A program made the position numbers and the translations under genes. DNA of 64,000 bases from Chiloscyllium plagiosum (Eukaryota), in assembly GCF_004010195.1 (NCBI RefSeq), contig NC_057751.1, positions 15,244,597-15,308,596 of the forward strand, given 5' to 3'. Shown piece by piece: positions 1-64,000 of the stretch (position 1 is its first letter; each line of letters starts with the position of its first letter). Below the pieces are notes generated by a model. The model was given only the letters and a program-made list of their open reading frames with translations, was not told the DNA's origin and did no database searches.

Positions 1-564
1 CCCAGATCAGTCTCTGACCTTGTGTTGGGGCAAAGATCATTCATTACACAATAAAGAATGGTTGCACCGAGGATATTACCCTGAGGAACTTCTGCAGAGA
101 CACCCTGGGCCTGAAATTGTGAAACCTCAATGACCAGAACCATCTTCCGTTGTGCAAAGTATGAGTCCAACAAGTGGAGACTTCTCCCCCTGAATCCCAT
201 TGTATTCAGTGTTGCAAGAGCTCCTTTAGGCTTCCTCTGTCAACCGCTGTCCTGATATCAAGGGCAGTGACCCTCACGCTGTGTCTTCAGTTCAGCTCTT
301 TTGCCTGTGCTTGGACCTAGGCCGCTGTGAGATCAGGAGTGGAGTGGACCGTGAGGATTCCAGTCTGACTCTTATTGAGCAGGTTGTGTAGATAATGTTT
401 ATAGCACTGTTGGCAAGACCTTTTAACACTTTGAGGATTGAAAGTTGACCAACAAGATGGTAATTGGCTGGCTTGAATTTGGCTTGTTTGTTGTTAACAG
501 TGTAGTGACCTGCATTGGCAACACTGGCACCTCCCTCTCAGTGTCATGGAAAAGGTGTCCCTCC

Positions 565-705
565 TGAAAGTCAGCTGTTCTGACAGTGCAGCACTCCTTC
601 AGTCCTGCACTGGAAGTTGATCACGGAGTTTTGTGTTCAAAGCTGAAGTGGGCAGTAAACCTGAAAGCTTTTGACTAAAATAGGCTGCTATGTGTTGAAC
701 TACAC
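565..705 (-). mobile_element. Old DeuSINE-like (SacSINE1/AmnSINE1-like) fragment
   Basis: ctgacagtgcagcactccttcagtcctgcactgg resembles the recalled consensus of this SINE group. Confidence 0.5.
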
Positions 706-1017
706 CTTACATGTTTGAAGGATGCCTCATTTCTTAACCTCCCTACCAGTGAGAATACAGTAGTTGCCCCTGATGATCCAATTCTATCAAGGTCTTCTGT
801 ATCCTTTTAAATATTTGAGTGCTTGAGTTCTGGTTGCATACTGGCTTGAGCTGGTTGATTGGACGTAAAAGTCTTTGTTATTTAATACTGGCAGCCTGTT
901 TCATTATGGAATCTGTCAAAAGCCCTTTTTAGTCTTTATTAGAACTGAAAGCAATTAATATGGTCATAATAATGATAACAAACACTGCTCAATTAAACTT
1001 TCTCGCTTCCCTCTCAG

Positions 1018-1168
1018 TAATGATGGTGCTGAGTTTGGTGGCTCAATTTACCAGAAATTGAATGACAAAGTGGAAACTGCTGTGAACCTCGCTTGGACTG
1101 CTGGTAGTAACAATACTCGTTTTGGGATTGCTGCCAAGTACCAAATTGACAGTGACACCTTTGTATCA
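1018..1168 (+). CDS. VDAC3: VDAC exon, 151 nt
   Basis: ctctcag acceptor, gtgagt donor; encodes [13 protein letters not shown]...[10 protein letters not shown]. Confidence 0.96.
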
Positions 1169-3060
1169 GTGAGTAACATTCCCACTGTGTATCCCACTTT
1201 CATCACCTGAAAAAGAACAAGTCTAATTCAAACTGACAAGTGCTGGGACATGAGACAAATTGACTTGGAAGATACTTAGCAGAGTTACAGGCCAAGAATA
1301 GACAAAATGGAACTAAATTAACCGTTTGCTGAAGCTGATAGTGATGTGAAATTTTGAGCTTGAATGATTCCGATTTGGAACAATTAGCAAAAGGGAAGCA
1401 CAAAGTATGAAAGTTTGCTTAAAAAAAAATTCACAGGATGAGGGCATTGCTGGTAAGGCCAGCATTGATTGTCGATCCCAGAGGGGCAGGTAGGAATCAA
1501 CCAGATTGCTGTGGGTCTGGAGTCACATGTAGGCCAGACCAAGTAAGGATGGCAGTTTCCTTCACCAAAATGACATTGGTGAACTGGATGAGTTGGTCTG
1601 AGAATTGAGAATGGTCGTTATGAGAGTCTCCAGAATGTGTAAAATGAGAGGTCGAAATGTAAACACAAGAAGTTCAATTGCAAAAAATAAAATCAAGTCA
1701 GCACATTGGAAAACAGGTTCAGAAAATCTGGAGCTCAGGCCCAAACTACATGATGGACAAAAGGGGCTGGTAATATGGAGACACACGTGAGACACACGTT
1801 GCACTTTCTGACTTGTGTGCAACACACATTGAAATACAGTGACTCTTTGTTACTCAGGCAAGCTTGCCAACTGTCTTGTGAACACAGTCTCACTGGTATT
1901 GTGCATATTGACAAAGCAATAGCATCTTGTAGAGTGGCTACTCAGCATGGTTGTGGTATGCCAACATCCAGTGGTCGGTGGAGCTCAAACCACAGTTTCT
2001 TATCTTGAGTCCAGCATTGCCAGCTATGGTAATATATCTGCTGTGGTCTGAACTAGTGGTGTTGTTTATATCATGATGGTGGGGATATGCAGTTTGGAGC
2101 TTCAAGGAACTACCCTTCAGTATTGTATACAGAGTCTATGTTAAATTTGGGACCCCAGTGAACAGAATGGGCCTGTATGTTTTTAATGCCGAGCCTCAGA
2201 TGATCGCTGCATTCATTTATAATTCTGTCCGAACCAAACTATGGTCATTTCAGTATTTGCAATCCACCAGAAGGTTCAGGGATGAGCAGAGATGAGGTTC
2301 AAGGAAGTTCTCTCTTAATGTTTCAGGGGGTTCGAATCATCCACCTGTTGGTTTATGCTTGTGGTTTTTTTTTCTCCTCAAGGCGAAGGTGAACAACTCC
2401 AGCCTGATTGGATTGGGATACACTCATACTCTTAGACCAGGTGGGTATGGAACTGCCTTTTCGATTTCAAATGTATTAAAACATTCCCTGTTGGTGATGC
2501 GACTCCGTGACCTGATCTCGACTGTGACTTCATGTTGTAGCAGTCACAGGTCACATTGTACTCATGATAAGTTGACTTGATGTTCAGCAGGGATGTATGA
2601 TGATGCACTTATCTTGCCCCTATCAGGCCTGCAGCTTTGCCACCATATTCCTGGGGAAATTGTTCTGTTCAACATGAGGGAGTATCCTCTTCTACTTGTT
2701 TTTGTTTAAAACTGAATGGTTTGCCCAGCTGCATCATTTGTGGAATATCCACATTTCACCTGCTTACAATAACTAGCTGAGTTTGGGTCCAGGCTACTTT
2801 CTTGAAGTGTTTGAAGGGGTCTGCCTGGTCCATAATACTGGCCAAGATCTCAAACAACATGCAGCATTTGCTTCCAGTGGTTTCCTTGTGTGTGAGCAGA
2901 TGTGGCAGCCTCTGGGGTGGTTTATGATGTCTAAAAATTCACAGCCCACCTTACTCTCTCTTTCATAGGTGTGAAGTTGACGCTGTCTGGACTGATTGAC
3001 GGGAAGAATTTCCATGCTGGGGGGCACAAGGTTGGCATGGGCTTTGAGCTCGAAGCTTAG
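1018..3060 (+). CDS. VDAC3: Voltage-dependent anion channel, 3' part (last 3 coding exons: 1018-1168, 2383-2440, 2969-3060); 5' exons lie outside the window
   Basis: Spliced translation: [99 protein letters not shown]. Exon sizes 151/58/92 match vertebrate VDAC genes. TAGSNNTRF and LIDGKNF..GFELEA are VDAC3-type motifs. Confidence 0.88.
2383..2440 (+). CDS. VDAC3: VDAC exon, 58 nt
   Basis: Polypyrimidine tract plus aag acceptor, gtgggt donor; encodes [19 protein letters not shown](G). Confidence 0.96.
2969..3060 (+). CDS. VDAC3: VDAC terminal coding exon with TAG stop
   Basis: tttcatag acceptor; encodes [30 protein letters not shown]. Confidence 0.96.
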
Positions 3061-3428
3061 TATTGAGGATGAAATGGTAACACCTTTTGGGTTGGCTGCT
3101 GAAATTCAAATTGATGAAAATAAATTGCCCTTCTCCTCCATGGACCAGGCACAGAAGAATCATGCGAAGTTTTGGCCTTAAAATTGATTTTGATCTAAAT
3201 GGCCAGCCTGCTTTGCTGGGAGGTATCCGTACTGGATTGGTTTCCCAGTTAACACGAGGTGGAGGTTGTTTTCACTGAGCAATGTTAGTGTTCTCAACTA
3301 TTTCCTGAAAAACCCAGCTTTAAATCATGTATTACAATCAACATTTAATTTCCTTTCTGTGACTGCATGTGGTAGAGACATTTAATGCCATTTTTAAATC
3401 ACTTCACTGTATCAGGTGTCTGAAGAAA

Positions 3429-3434
3429 AATAAA
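3429..3434 (+). terminator. Candidate VDAC3 polyadenylation signal
   Basis: AATAAA about 370 nt after the stop, followed by GT-rich tttattgttgttgtc. Alternatives at 3119 and 4086. Confidence 0.5.
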
Positions 3435-4444
3435 AGGATGTGATGGAGTTTATTGTTGTTGTCAAGTTGATGCAGTGTTCTGAAGAGTTGTGCTGTGTTG
3501 CATTGCCAATTGGAGTTTGTGCCAAATGAATACAGAAGCTATAAGTAGCAAGAACTTTATGCTGAAGGAAATGCTTGTGTGCTGTTCACTACAAATCATT
3601 CACACACTACCCGTGCAGCTGTGTGCTCCTGCTGCAGGGGACTTAGCTAGTTTTCACGATTGGTTTCTGTATTGCTAACTTGTTTCACTCATGTCAATAC
3701 ATCCCATGGCAAATTTGTTGCATCAGCTGTGCAACATCTGTATATGGCAGGCTGATGAGAGCAGTTGAGAGGAAGAGGACTATCCAGTTCCATAATGTGG
3801 GCTCTCAGGAGCTGCAGCCACATGCACTTGTTGCTGGAAATCTCCCTGATCTCCCATATCCTCTGAGAAGCAGGTGTGAGGAGGAAGGGGGGGTGGGAAA
3901 CACCAATGTTAGTGTTTCGGGTTTAGCAACACACTTACACCAGGTTTTCCGTGACCTGCTGTACAGTTGTCATGACTGCACTGCCGTCACAGCTATCAAT
4001 CACGTTAATGCCATCAATTGAAAAGTAACATCTTTGTACAGTTTGCACTGAGGGAGACGGTTCAAAACAGTAGTCATCATGGAAAAATAAAATCTCCACT
4101 CTCATTTTCTGCATATGCAGATTTTTGTGGGTGAAGGTGTGAGAGTAAATTCAAGATATTCATGAACTATTAAAGGTGGCTCCGATAAATAAGTTATCTG
4201 GGTTTTCAGGTTAAGAGGAGGAGGGAGAAGGACAGTAGATTCCAGCTGGAAGAAGAAAATCTTTTTAATGCTGTTTAAGAAATGATCTGTTGTGCTGAGG
4301 GACAAGATAAGATGCTGTCCGGAGGGATCGCGACTAAGAGAGCACATTGTTCGAAATGTCAAGTTTTGCTTTCGTTAATTCTCTTATGTTTACTTGGAAA
4401 GGCCCAAAACCAGCACCAGGACCCCCACAACATGACTTTCCCCT

Positions 4445-4479
4445 TTTATTCTATTACAATAATGCTTAACATTTTTATT
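4445..4479 (-). terminator. Candidate polyadenylation signals of the PRKG1-like gene
   Basis: Two minus-strand AATAAA hexamers (tttatt at 4445-4450 and 4474-4479), 100-135 nt past the stop. Confidence 0.4.
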
Positions 4480-4580
4480 TACATCAAATTGACATGTCTC
4501 TTCCCAAGGTTTCAGCTTTGTGCTCACTCTTTAGACTAGTTTGCACGTTTCTCTCCAGCTCCATGAGCAGTGGTCTGGAT

Positions 4581-54657
<50,077 letters not shown>

Positions 54658-55224
54658 CTGCATGGGGGAAAAAAAATTAAGCGCACGTTTATAAAAGAAT
54701 CTCTCCTATCTATTTTTTCTATGTATGATGGGGTACTGCAAACGGGGCCGTACTATCTCAGAAAGCTATAAGCTTTTTCAAAGATCCTCCAACATTTATT
54801 CTACCCTGTAGTTATTAAAACTACCCAATTTGGAAGTCTTGCCTGGTATAGAAGTTATTAAACCAGACAAGAAGGGACTGCGATGAATTGATCTTCCTCG
54901 ATGAAACCTGCTCGCAAAGAATTTTAGACAAATTAAAGAGTATCTTGAACATTGAGGATCACTGTTGGGTGTATTCAGGAGAAAAAAATTACGGTCTCGC
55001 AGGCCCCAGAGAAATCTGATTCTGAAATCATTCGTGCCTTTCTCCATAAGAATTTTAACAGGAGCAGATGTGAAGATGAGGAAATATTTTAAAGTATTAT
55101 ATCTTTAAAATACACTAGAATGCTTTTAACATAGTTTACTTAATGTTAGATTCCTCTGATAGAGTAATGTTACTTTTCTCAATTTATTTTTTACTAACAT
55201 GTAACTTTTTAATAAATGAGCATT

Positions 55225-55516
55225 GGGCGGCACGGTGGCTCAGTGGTTAGCACAGCTGCCTCACAGCGCCAGGGACCCAGGATCAATTCCCACCTCGGGC
55301 AACTGTCTGTGTGGAGTTTCCTCCGGGTGCTCTGGTTTCCTCCCACAATCCAAAGATGTGCAGGTTAGGTGAATTGGCCATGCTAAATTGCCCATTGTGT
55401 TAGGTACATTAGTCAGGGGTAAATGCAGGGGAATAGGTATCGGTGGGTTGCTCTTCGGAGGGTTGGTGTGGACTTGTTGGGGCCTGTTTCCATACTGTAG
55501 GAAATCTAATCTAATC
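55225..55516 (+). mobile_element. HE1-type V-SINE
   Basis: gggcggcacggtggctcagtggttagc...aatctaatctaatc. Confidence 0.9.
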
Positions 55517-56062
55517 AATGCATCCAAAATTAATTTCCGTTTAGAATAAGTGAAAAATAAAGTCAAATGATTCATACTCATCCTCCCCTTGTGCCAATCC
55601 AACAATTTCCACTCACACAGCACCTTTGACACAGTAAAACATCCCAATCTGCTTCTCAACATCTGATGCCAAGCCATTTAAGGATATCTTTGGGCAGATG
55701 ACCAAACGCTTCATCAGAGAGGTTGGTTTTAAGTCATGAATTGGAGGAGGAAAGAGAGAGGTGAACAGATTTCCAACAGGAATTTCAGATCTTCAAACCC
55801 AGGCAGCTGAAAGCCCAGATGCAAAAGGTTAATTGACTATTAACTGACAAAGCACAAGAGGCTGGAATTTGTGGAACAGAGAGATCTTGGGTGGGTTGTA
55901 CGGCTACAGGAGGTTCTGGAGGGCATATGAAACCATGGAATGAGACGATCAAAATGGAGGCATTTCCTGATCAGAAACTAATGTTGATTTATTGAACACT
56001 GAAGTGCTTATTTGAACGGAACATGGTGAGTGTTCAAGAATGCCCAATAGTTATCATTAAAC

Positions 56063-57432
56063 TATAAGACATAGGAGCAGAAGTTAGGCTATTCAACCCA
56101 TCAAGTCTGCTCCACCATTGAACAAAGGTTGTCATGTTTTGCAACCCCATTGTCCCGCTTTCTCCCCATCACCCTTGATCGCTTTGACAATTAAGAACCT
56201 AGCTATCTCTGTCTTGAATATACTCAATGACCTGGCCTCCACAGCCTTCTGTGGCAGTGAATTCCTTCAATTCACCACTCTCTGACTGAAGAAGTTTCTC
56301 CTTATCTCTGTTCTAAAATGTCTCCTCTTTACTCTAAGGCTACGCCCTTGGGTCCTAGTCTCTCCTACCAATGGAAACATCTTCCCAACATCTACTCTGT
56401 CCAGGCCATTCAGTATTCTGAAAGTTTCAAACCTCCATCAAATATTGACCCAGAGTCCTCAAATCTTCCTCATATGTTAAGCTTTTCATTCCTGGGACCA
56501 TTCTCTTGAAGCTCCTCGGAACACGCTCCAGGGCCAGTACATCCTTCCTGAGACATGGAGCCCAAAACTGCGTACAATACTCAAAAATGTGGCCTGACTA
56601 GAGCTTCAGAAGTATATCCCGGCTTTTATCCCGGCTTTTATATTCAAGACCTCTCAAAATAAATGCCATCATTGCATTTGCCTTCCTAACTACTGACTCA
56701 ACCTGCATGTTTACCTGGACAGCATTCTGGACTAAAACTCCCAAATTTCTTTGCACTTCAGATTTCTGAATTTTCTCCCCATTGAGAAAATAGTCCATGC
56801 CTCTATTCTTCCTACCAAAGTGCATGACCTCACACTTTCCCACGTTGTATTCAATCTGCCACTTATTTGTCCACTCTCCTAACCTATTCAAATTGTTCTG
56901 CAGTCTCCCCATCTCCTCAATGCTACCTGTCCCTCCACCTATCTTTGTATCACCCATAAACTTAGCCAGAATGCCTTGAGTTCCGACATCTAGATTGTTA
57001 ATGTATAAAGTGACAAGTTGTGGTCCCAATATTGACCCTTGTGGAACACCATTCGTCACTGGCTGCCATTCTGAGAAAAAAAAACTTTTATCCCAACTCT
57101 CTGCTTTCTACCAGATAGCCAAGCTTCTATCCATGCTAGTATCTTGACTCTAACACCATGGGACATTATCTTACTTAGCAGCCTCCCGTGCGGCACCTTG
57201 TCAAAGGCCTTCTTGAAATCCAGGTAGATAACGTACATTGGCTCTCCTTGGTCTAACATGCTCGATACTTTGTCAAACAGCAGATTTGTCAGAGATGACC
57301 TCCCCTTGATGAAACCATGCTGACTTTGCCCTATTTTACCTCACACTTCCAAGTATTCAGAAATCTCATCCTTCACCATCGACTCGAAAGTCTTACCAAT
57401 GACTGAGGTTAGGCTAATTGGCCTGTAATTGT
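56063..57432 (-). mobile_element. CR1 LINE, 5'-truncated; same family as 46330-50411
   Basis: GVPQGSILGP, YLDFKKAFDKVPH. Confidence 0.9.
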
Positions 57433-57540
57433 TATGGACTATCTTAAGTTGATGGAGAATGAAAGACTTTCGGAAATGCATTGGTCAAATGATCACAAAG
57501 AAATGGATAAGGGCTTCAACAGCACATGAGCTGAGGCACG

Positions 57541-58176
57541 TGTTATGGACCAGACCAAGCCCCCTCAATATATTTTAAAGGTATCCGAGACCCTAACATT
57601 TTCTTATTTTAAGTTAGATATGAAATATCATGCTTCCAAACTATTCAAAATTTAGCAGAACACAATTTATTTAAACATTTCAATTAAAATATAAACAAAA
57701 GGAAGAGGAATTTAGAATAACTTAACAAGTTGAAAACTTAACCGAATAATAGATCTAGTATCTATTACTAATTAACTGTTCCAATGTAGTAACATCCCAT
57801 AAACACACTCTTTGGCAAAAAGGCAAACTCAATTATTAATTCTCAAATGCAGTTCTCCAATCCAGGAGGAAAAAGAAACATCAAGAGAAAATTCAGAGAA
57901 AGGTAGCAGCTGGGAGAAATTTACTCAAGCTTCCAACTGCTTTGAGACTCCTAAGGCTTCTGCTCAAAACTAAACCTAAAAAACCAAACTCAAAGTAGAA
58001 AGACTGGTTTGTGAGAGCTGGCCACACCCAGACTGCTCCATTGTTCCAACTTGGGGAAAAAAAACCCAAGGGCTCACAAATTGTTTACTTTCTGAGAGAC
58101 AGCTCAGCACCTCTGCCTTACAACCTCTCTTAAAAAAAAAGACAAAATAGCCTCTTAAAGTGACAACATCGTCACA
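57541..58176. mobile_element. Probable solo LTR
   Basis: TGTTA...TCACA termini; related to 14535-15144. Confidence 0.6.
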
Positions 58177-60679
58177 TGTGGTCAGAGGCAAGCCACACTG
58201 AGGCTGATCAGAAATAGTGAGGAAAGTGGTCAAAGAAAACATGTAAATACCTTCAGAACTTGAATGAAGGATGGCGCTGGTAGAGGAGAAAAATTAGATT
58301 TGGCCAGGCACATGGATAGCTCATCATCTTGCTCCTATCAAATATGTCAAATATGAAAGTGGACCCAGAAACTGGAGAGCTGTATTTCCAACCCCTCCCT
58401 GACATGGAGACGTAACTTAGGAAAACTTTGGACTTCTATCTCAAAGTTACCCTCAAAAGCTTGGCACATTGATCCCCTTGCTCCGCAGAAGGTGCAGCAA
58501 TGCAAGTACTATCCCTATGGTAATGCAAGCCATCAATTTTTGCTATAGCCCAGGGCAGGGGCAGCACAAGCCTTGTGGAGAGACACAATCAGAGTCCAAA
58601 TGAAACTAATTTGTATTTCGGGTTGTTCCTCTGGATCTGGCTGCTTTTGTCCCAGACGATCAAGAGCTGCAGGCTAACCACAAGATTAAAGGAGTGAAAA
58701 AATGTATGCATTTTCAATGCTCTTCACCTTCAAACGGTAAATAAAGTCAGATCGTGTGTAAATTCTGCTCAGATTCACAACCGAGACAGACTGCTATGAA
58801 ACTAGTTCAGGATGAGTTATTGATGAAGCCCCAAGACAACTCTTCACCTTCAGCTGAAGACTGGCCCATTATTTACTGTCAGCACCCATTGGATGTTTCT
58901 ACCTTTCAGTTTCTCCATTATTAAATTGTACACGATCTGCAACTAGATGTTTTGCCTAAAAGGAGTAGTTCCAAATATCTGCACTTTTTCAGACTTCAAA
59001 TAAATGTTAGTAGATCCAAGTATTTTTAGACAAGTTTAATCTGCCAGCTAAGATACAGACAACGTCACAGAAAAGGATGTGGCCATTCAGCCCTATTCTG
59101 CCACTTAATTAAAGCACCTTCATTCCATTTACCTGAAATAGATTTATTTGGTTCCGTAACCATTAATAACTAATAAAACTTACCATTCACAAAAACAGGG
59201 TCATTTGGTCCACCTCTCCTGATTTTCTGGATAAAGCAGCCAAGTCCATAGGAGCAACAGGAATACAAAACAGTTTGGAATCGGATTAAGTCTGCCCACA
59301 GAGGTCTGTGTTCCCCCTGGCCTTCATACGTCACAGTCTAAGGCAGGTCTGAAACACTCCATTCGACAAATTCCTCGAAATATCTTTTGCTTTTTTGACA
59401 ATCACCTTAAACGTGTGCCTTCACGTTCGCGTTCCCTCTGCCAATTGCAACTGCTTTTCCCGATCTACTCTGTTCAGAACCCTCATGATTTTGAAGCCCT
59501 TGACTGAATCTCCTCTCAATCTTCCCTGAGCAGAACAGCCCCCCAGCTTCTCCGAGCTGATCACATAACCGAAGTCCCTCATTTTTTTTGTACACCCTCT
59601 CTCATGTCTTTGCATCCTGTCCAAAATGTGGTGCCCAGCACTGTACTTGTGTTCTTCATTCATCTAATTACATTGCAGTATATCACAGATGCATTTTAAA
59701 AACACTTTCTCATCTGTTTGCTACCTTCAATGATTTGTGAAAATATGCTCTTTGATCTTCTGTTCTTGCAGCTCCTTTAGATTTGTTTACTTTATTTGAG
59801 GTTGCTTTTCTCTAATGAGGTTCCCAAAATGTATCACTTCACATTTCTCTGCATGAACTTTCATCTGGCACACGACTGCTCAAGCATTAACCTCAGGCTT
59901 TTTGCAGTCCATCACTATCTTTTTCACAGTTCACAAAATCTCCAAGTTGAGTTTCTGTCTACAATATTTTGAACTGGAGTACTGCACACCCAAGAATAAA
60001 TCATAAGCACCCTGGCACTTTGCACCAAATATCTTGAGGTGAAAAATTTTATTCAGAAGCAGGCACCGCGCTGTCAAGTAGGTATCTTTCCCAGCAGTTT
60101 AGTGATTGCAAAGTCAAGCATGTGACTTTAGCAATGTCCAGCACGACTGACCCAAACAATGAGCTAGGTAATAACATCAGCCAGTTTTAGCTGGGCGAGT
60201 CCTTTGTCCTCCTTATCCCTACACCACATGCACACTGTCTATTTCAATGCTCTTGCTTGTTGACCTGATCTGCAATCGAATCACAGAGGACAATAAGGAC
60301 CTGCCAAACGACAGTCAGGACTACAGTTTGGATGGCAAGCTGTCTATCATCTCCTTTTGCAACAACAGTTTTATTTCAAATCATTGAAAGCAAAGTTGAG
60401 AGCGCAGTTAATATCTTTTTTTTAATTCACTCATAGGATGTGGCTGGACCAGTATTTATTTCTTAGAGGGAAGCTTAGAGTCAACCACATGTAGACCAGA
60501 CCAGGTAAGGATGGCAGTTTCCTTCCCTGAAGGACGTGGCTGAACCAGATAGGTTTGTCTGACAATCAACAATGGATTCACGGTCGTTGTTAGACCCTTA
60601 ATTCCATATTTTTGTTGAATTCACAATCCACCATCCCAGGTCCTCCAAACATTCGCTGTATTGCTAGATTAATCGTCCA

Positions 60680-60895
60680 GCGATGGAATGAGCTGCCAGA
60701 GGAAGTGGTGGAGGCTGATACAATTGCAACATTTAAGAGGCATTTGGATGGGTATATGAATAGGAAGGGTTTGGAGGGATATGGGCCGGGTGCTGGCAGG
60801 TGGGACGAGATTGGGTTGGGATATCTGGTCGGCATGGACGGGTTGGACCGAAGGGTCTGGTTCCGTGCTGCACATCTCAATGACTCTGACTCTAT
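60680..60895 (+). mobile_element. CR1/HER1 short 3' end
   Basis: WNELPEEVVEA; tail tgactctgactcta. Confidence 0.85.
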
Positions 60896-61087
60896 ATCGT
60901 CCGAGAGCAAGGAAGTTCTGATAAACTTGCATAAAACACTGTTCTGGTCTTGACTGGAGCGATGTGTCCACCCTACTACAGGAAGAATGTGAAGGCACTG
61001 GTGAGGGTGGAGAAAGGATTCCTGCCTATGGTTCCAAGGGCTGAAAAACCTCAGTTGGATAGGCAGGCTGATGAACTCGGGACTACG

Positions 61088-62915
61088 TTAGTCATACAAC
61101 ATGGAAACATACCCTTCGGGCCAACCAGTCCATGCCAAACAGTCCCACCTGCCTGCTCCTGGCCCACATCCCTCCAAACCTTTCCTATTTATGGGTCCAT
61201 CCAATTGTAATTGTACCCACATCCACAACCTCTTCAGGAGGTTCACTCCACGCGCAAACCACCCTTTGTGTAAAATATTTGCCCGTTACGTCTTTTTGAA
61301 ATCTGTCTCTCCTCTCACCTTCAAAATGTGCCCCTTAGTCATCAGAGTCATAGAGTCCGACAGCATGGAGACAGGCCCTTTGGCCCAAACTGGTCCATGC
61401 TGACCAAAAGGTCTGTCCACGCTAACCCCATTTCCCTGCACTTGGCCCATATCCTTCGAAACCTTTCCTATTCTTGTATTTGTCCAAATGCCTCTTAAAT
61501 GTTGTTAATGCCCCTGCCTCAACCACTTCCACTTTCCATTTGCGTACCACCCTCTGTGTAAAAAAGTTCCCCTTGGGTTCCCCTTTATTCACTCCCCTCT
61601 ACCCTTAAACTGATGTCCTCTAATTCTTGATTCCCCAACCCTTAGTGCATTCACCCTATCCATGCCTCTCATGATCTTATACACGTCCATAAGATCCCCC
61701 CTCAGTCTTCTTCGCTCTCAAGAAAAAGTCATAGCTTGTCCAGCCTCTCCCTATAACTCAGACCCTGGAGTCCTGGCAACATCCTTGTAAATTTCTTCTG
61801 CACTCTTTCCAGTTTAATAACATCATTCCTACAACATGGTGACCAGCACTAAACACAATACCCAAAGTATGGCCTCACCAACATCCTGTATAACTGCAAC
61901 ATAACTTCCCAACTTTTATACTCAATGCCCTGACTGATGAAGGCCAGTGTGCCAAAAGTCTTCTTCACGGCCCTGTCTACCTGTGACTCCAATTTCACAG
62001 AACAGTGAACCTGAACTCCAAGATCCCTCTGTTCCACTGCACTCCTTAAGGCCCTCCCATTCACCATGAAACTCCTACCTTGATTTGACTTTCCAAATGC
62101 AAGACCTCATGCTTATCCATATTAAATTCCATTTGCCATTTCTCAGCCCCAACCCGAGGCACTGTACTCATCACAGGCCTCCTGTCCTACAAACATCTTT
62201 CCACTTTTACCCTCTGTTTCCTCCCATCAAGCCAATTGTGTATCCAATTTTCCAGCTTGCCCTGGATTCCATGCGATCTAACTTTCCAGAGCAGCCTATA
62301 ATGTAGAACCTTATCAAAGGCCTTCCTGAAATCCAGAGAGATAACATCCACCTCTTTACCCTGGTAGTCATCAGAGGACGCTAACAAATTGTTGAGGCAT
62401 GATCTGCCACTCACAAAGCTATGCTGACTACTCCTCATCAAACCCTGTCTTTCCAAATGCTTGTATCTCTTATCCCTCAGAATCCTCTCAAGTAATTTAG
62501 TCACTATAGACGTTAAACGTACTGGTCTATAGTTCCCAGGCTTTTCTTTGCAGCCCTCCTTGAATAATAGCACAACATTAATTACCTTCCAGTTTTCTGG
62601 GACCTCACTGTGGCTATGAAAATCTCAGCCAGGGTCCCCGCAATTGCTTCTCTACCCTCTTGCAGTGTTCTTGGGGAAAAGACAACTACCTTCAACTCAA
62701 TCTATACCTGTCATTATTTTATAAACTTTCATCAGGCCACCTCTCAATCTCCGGTGCTCCAGTGAAAAAGGTCCCAGCCTTCCACATTGGGCAACATCCC
62801 GGTAAATCTCCTCTGAACCCTCTCCAGTTTGATAATATTCTTCCTATAACTGGGCAACCAGAATTGGACACAGTGCTCCAGAAGAGACCCCACCAATGTC
62901 CTGTACAAACTCCTG
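61088..62915 (-). mobile_element. Cluster of nested CR1/HER1 fragments
   Basis: KPGNYRPV.LTS, LDFRKAFDKV, LVRPYFGYCV, LERVQRRFTGMLP. Confidence 0.82.
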
Positions 62916-62939
62916 AGGACTTGAAAGTCACAAAAAGTC

Positions 62940-63256
62940 GGGGCAGCACAGTGGCTCAGTGCTGTCTCACAGCGCCAGGGACCCGGGTTCAATTCCCGCC
63001 TCAGGCAACTGTCCGTGTGGAGTTTGCACATTCTCCCCGTGTCTGTGTGGGTTTCCTCCAGGTGCTCCGGTTTCCTCCCACAGTCCAAAGATGTGCAGGT
63101 TAGGGTGAATTGGCCATGCTAAATTACCCATAGTGTTAGGTGCATTAGTCAGGGGTGAATATAGGGGAATGGGTCTGGGTGGGTTGCTCTTCGGAGGGTC
63201 GGGTGTGAACTTGTTGGGCTGAAGGGCCTGTTTCCACACTGGTGGGAATCTAATCT
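62940..63256 (+). mobile_element. HE1-type V-SINE with 7-bp TSD
   Basis: TSD aaaagtc at 62933-62939 and 63257-63263; (aatct)n tail. Confidence 0.92.
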
Positions 63257-64000
63257 AAAAGTCCAAGCAGAGCACGGAGATCAACTGTTCCCACTGGCAG
63301 AAGGATCGAGACGCAGAGGTGAGCGATTAAAGAAGCGATGGTGACGTAGAAAAACATTTTCACACACCAAGTAGCTCGGATCTGTTGCGTGCTGCATGAG
63401 ACTGTGGTTGAAATAGGTTCAACTGAGACTTTCAAGAGGTAGTTAGACATTGATCTGAAAAGGAAAAGAGTATTCAGGGATTTAAGGTAAAAGGAGGGGA
63501 ATGAAACTCGGTAAATCACTCCTTCGGAGGGTCAGTACAGATGTGACAGGCTGAATGGCCTCCTTCTGTGCGGTACCATCACGTCACCTTGTACAAATTA
63601 CCTGGACAGAAAACAATTCTGTCCGTCCCGTCACACGCCAGCATCTCATTGCACAGTCTAAGCAGTACATTGGCATTAAGCCACTGGTTGGATCCAAGAT
63701 TGAAACAGGGACTATCTGGGGGGGGTTTAGCTCATTTATTAAAGGAATCTCAGCATCTGAACGGCACTTAATCAGGGTCCAGTTCCGATGAGAATGAGCG
63801 TTGACAACAGGACTCTCACTTAAAGAGCTTGCTGTTTTTAATAGGGTTTTAATTTTCAGTTTTGGAGCAGGGATATCCTCTCAATCCTCCAGCTGACAAA
63901 GAAATCAATCCAACAGGGCTCAAGGGCGTGCATAACCTTTTAAAAATGTCCTTATGATTAAATATTATTAGGTTAACTATTCCTCTGAGACAGGAGTCCT

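Noticed and set aside
1018..3060. Assignment as VDAC1 or VDAC2
   Set aside because: A few residues are VDAC1-like (TAVNL, YQID, NNSS), but GSNNTRF, LRPGVK, LIDGKNF and GFELEA favour VDAC3. A tree would settle it.
54658..64000. Exon 3 of the kinase (FGELAILYNCTRTA)
   Set aside because: Not found by eye; presumably beyond the window, so the CNB-A pocket cannot be assessed.

Overview
Repeat-rich vertebrate DNA. The HE1-type V-SINEs, HER1/CR1 LINEs and Penelope-like repeats point to an elasmobranch (shark) genome; this is an inference. The window holds two convergent spliced genes. On the + strand are the last three coding exons of a VDAC, best matching VDAC3 (1018-3060). On the - strand are 15 coding exons of an intact cGMP-dependent protein kinase of the PRKG1 type (54657 down to stop at 4581), equivalent to human PRKG1 exons 4-18; exons 1-3 lie beyond the right edge. 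All introns are GT-AG and the frame is continuous (1469 nt = 2 nt + 489 codons including stop). Three observations stand out. (1) The kinase sits next to VDAC3 and looks like a PRKG1 ohnologue absent from mammals. (2) Its second cyclic-nucleotide pocket (CNB-B) has lost all four known cGMP-selectivity residues, while the phosphate-binding core and kinase domain are intact. (3) The introns carry many Penelope-like pseudo-LTRs with minimal hammerhead-ribozyme cores; several form long palindromes, and two local duplications of intron DNA start right at the ribozyme 5' end. Most of the rest is decayed CR1, Rex1, SINE and solo-LTR sequence. Exon coordinates are exact; repeat boundaries are approximate; comparisons to human proteins are from memory, not from a search.
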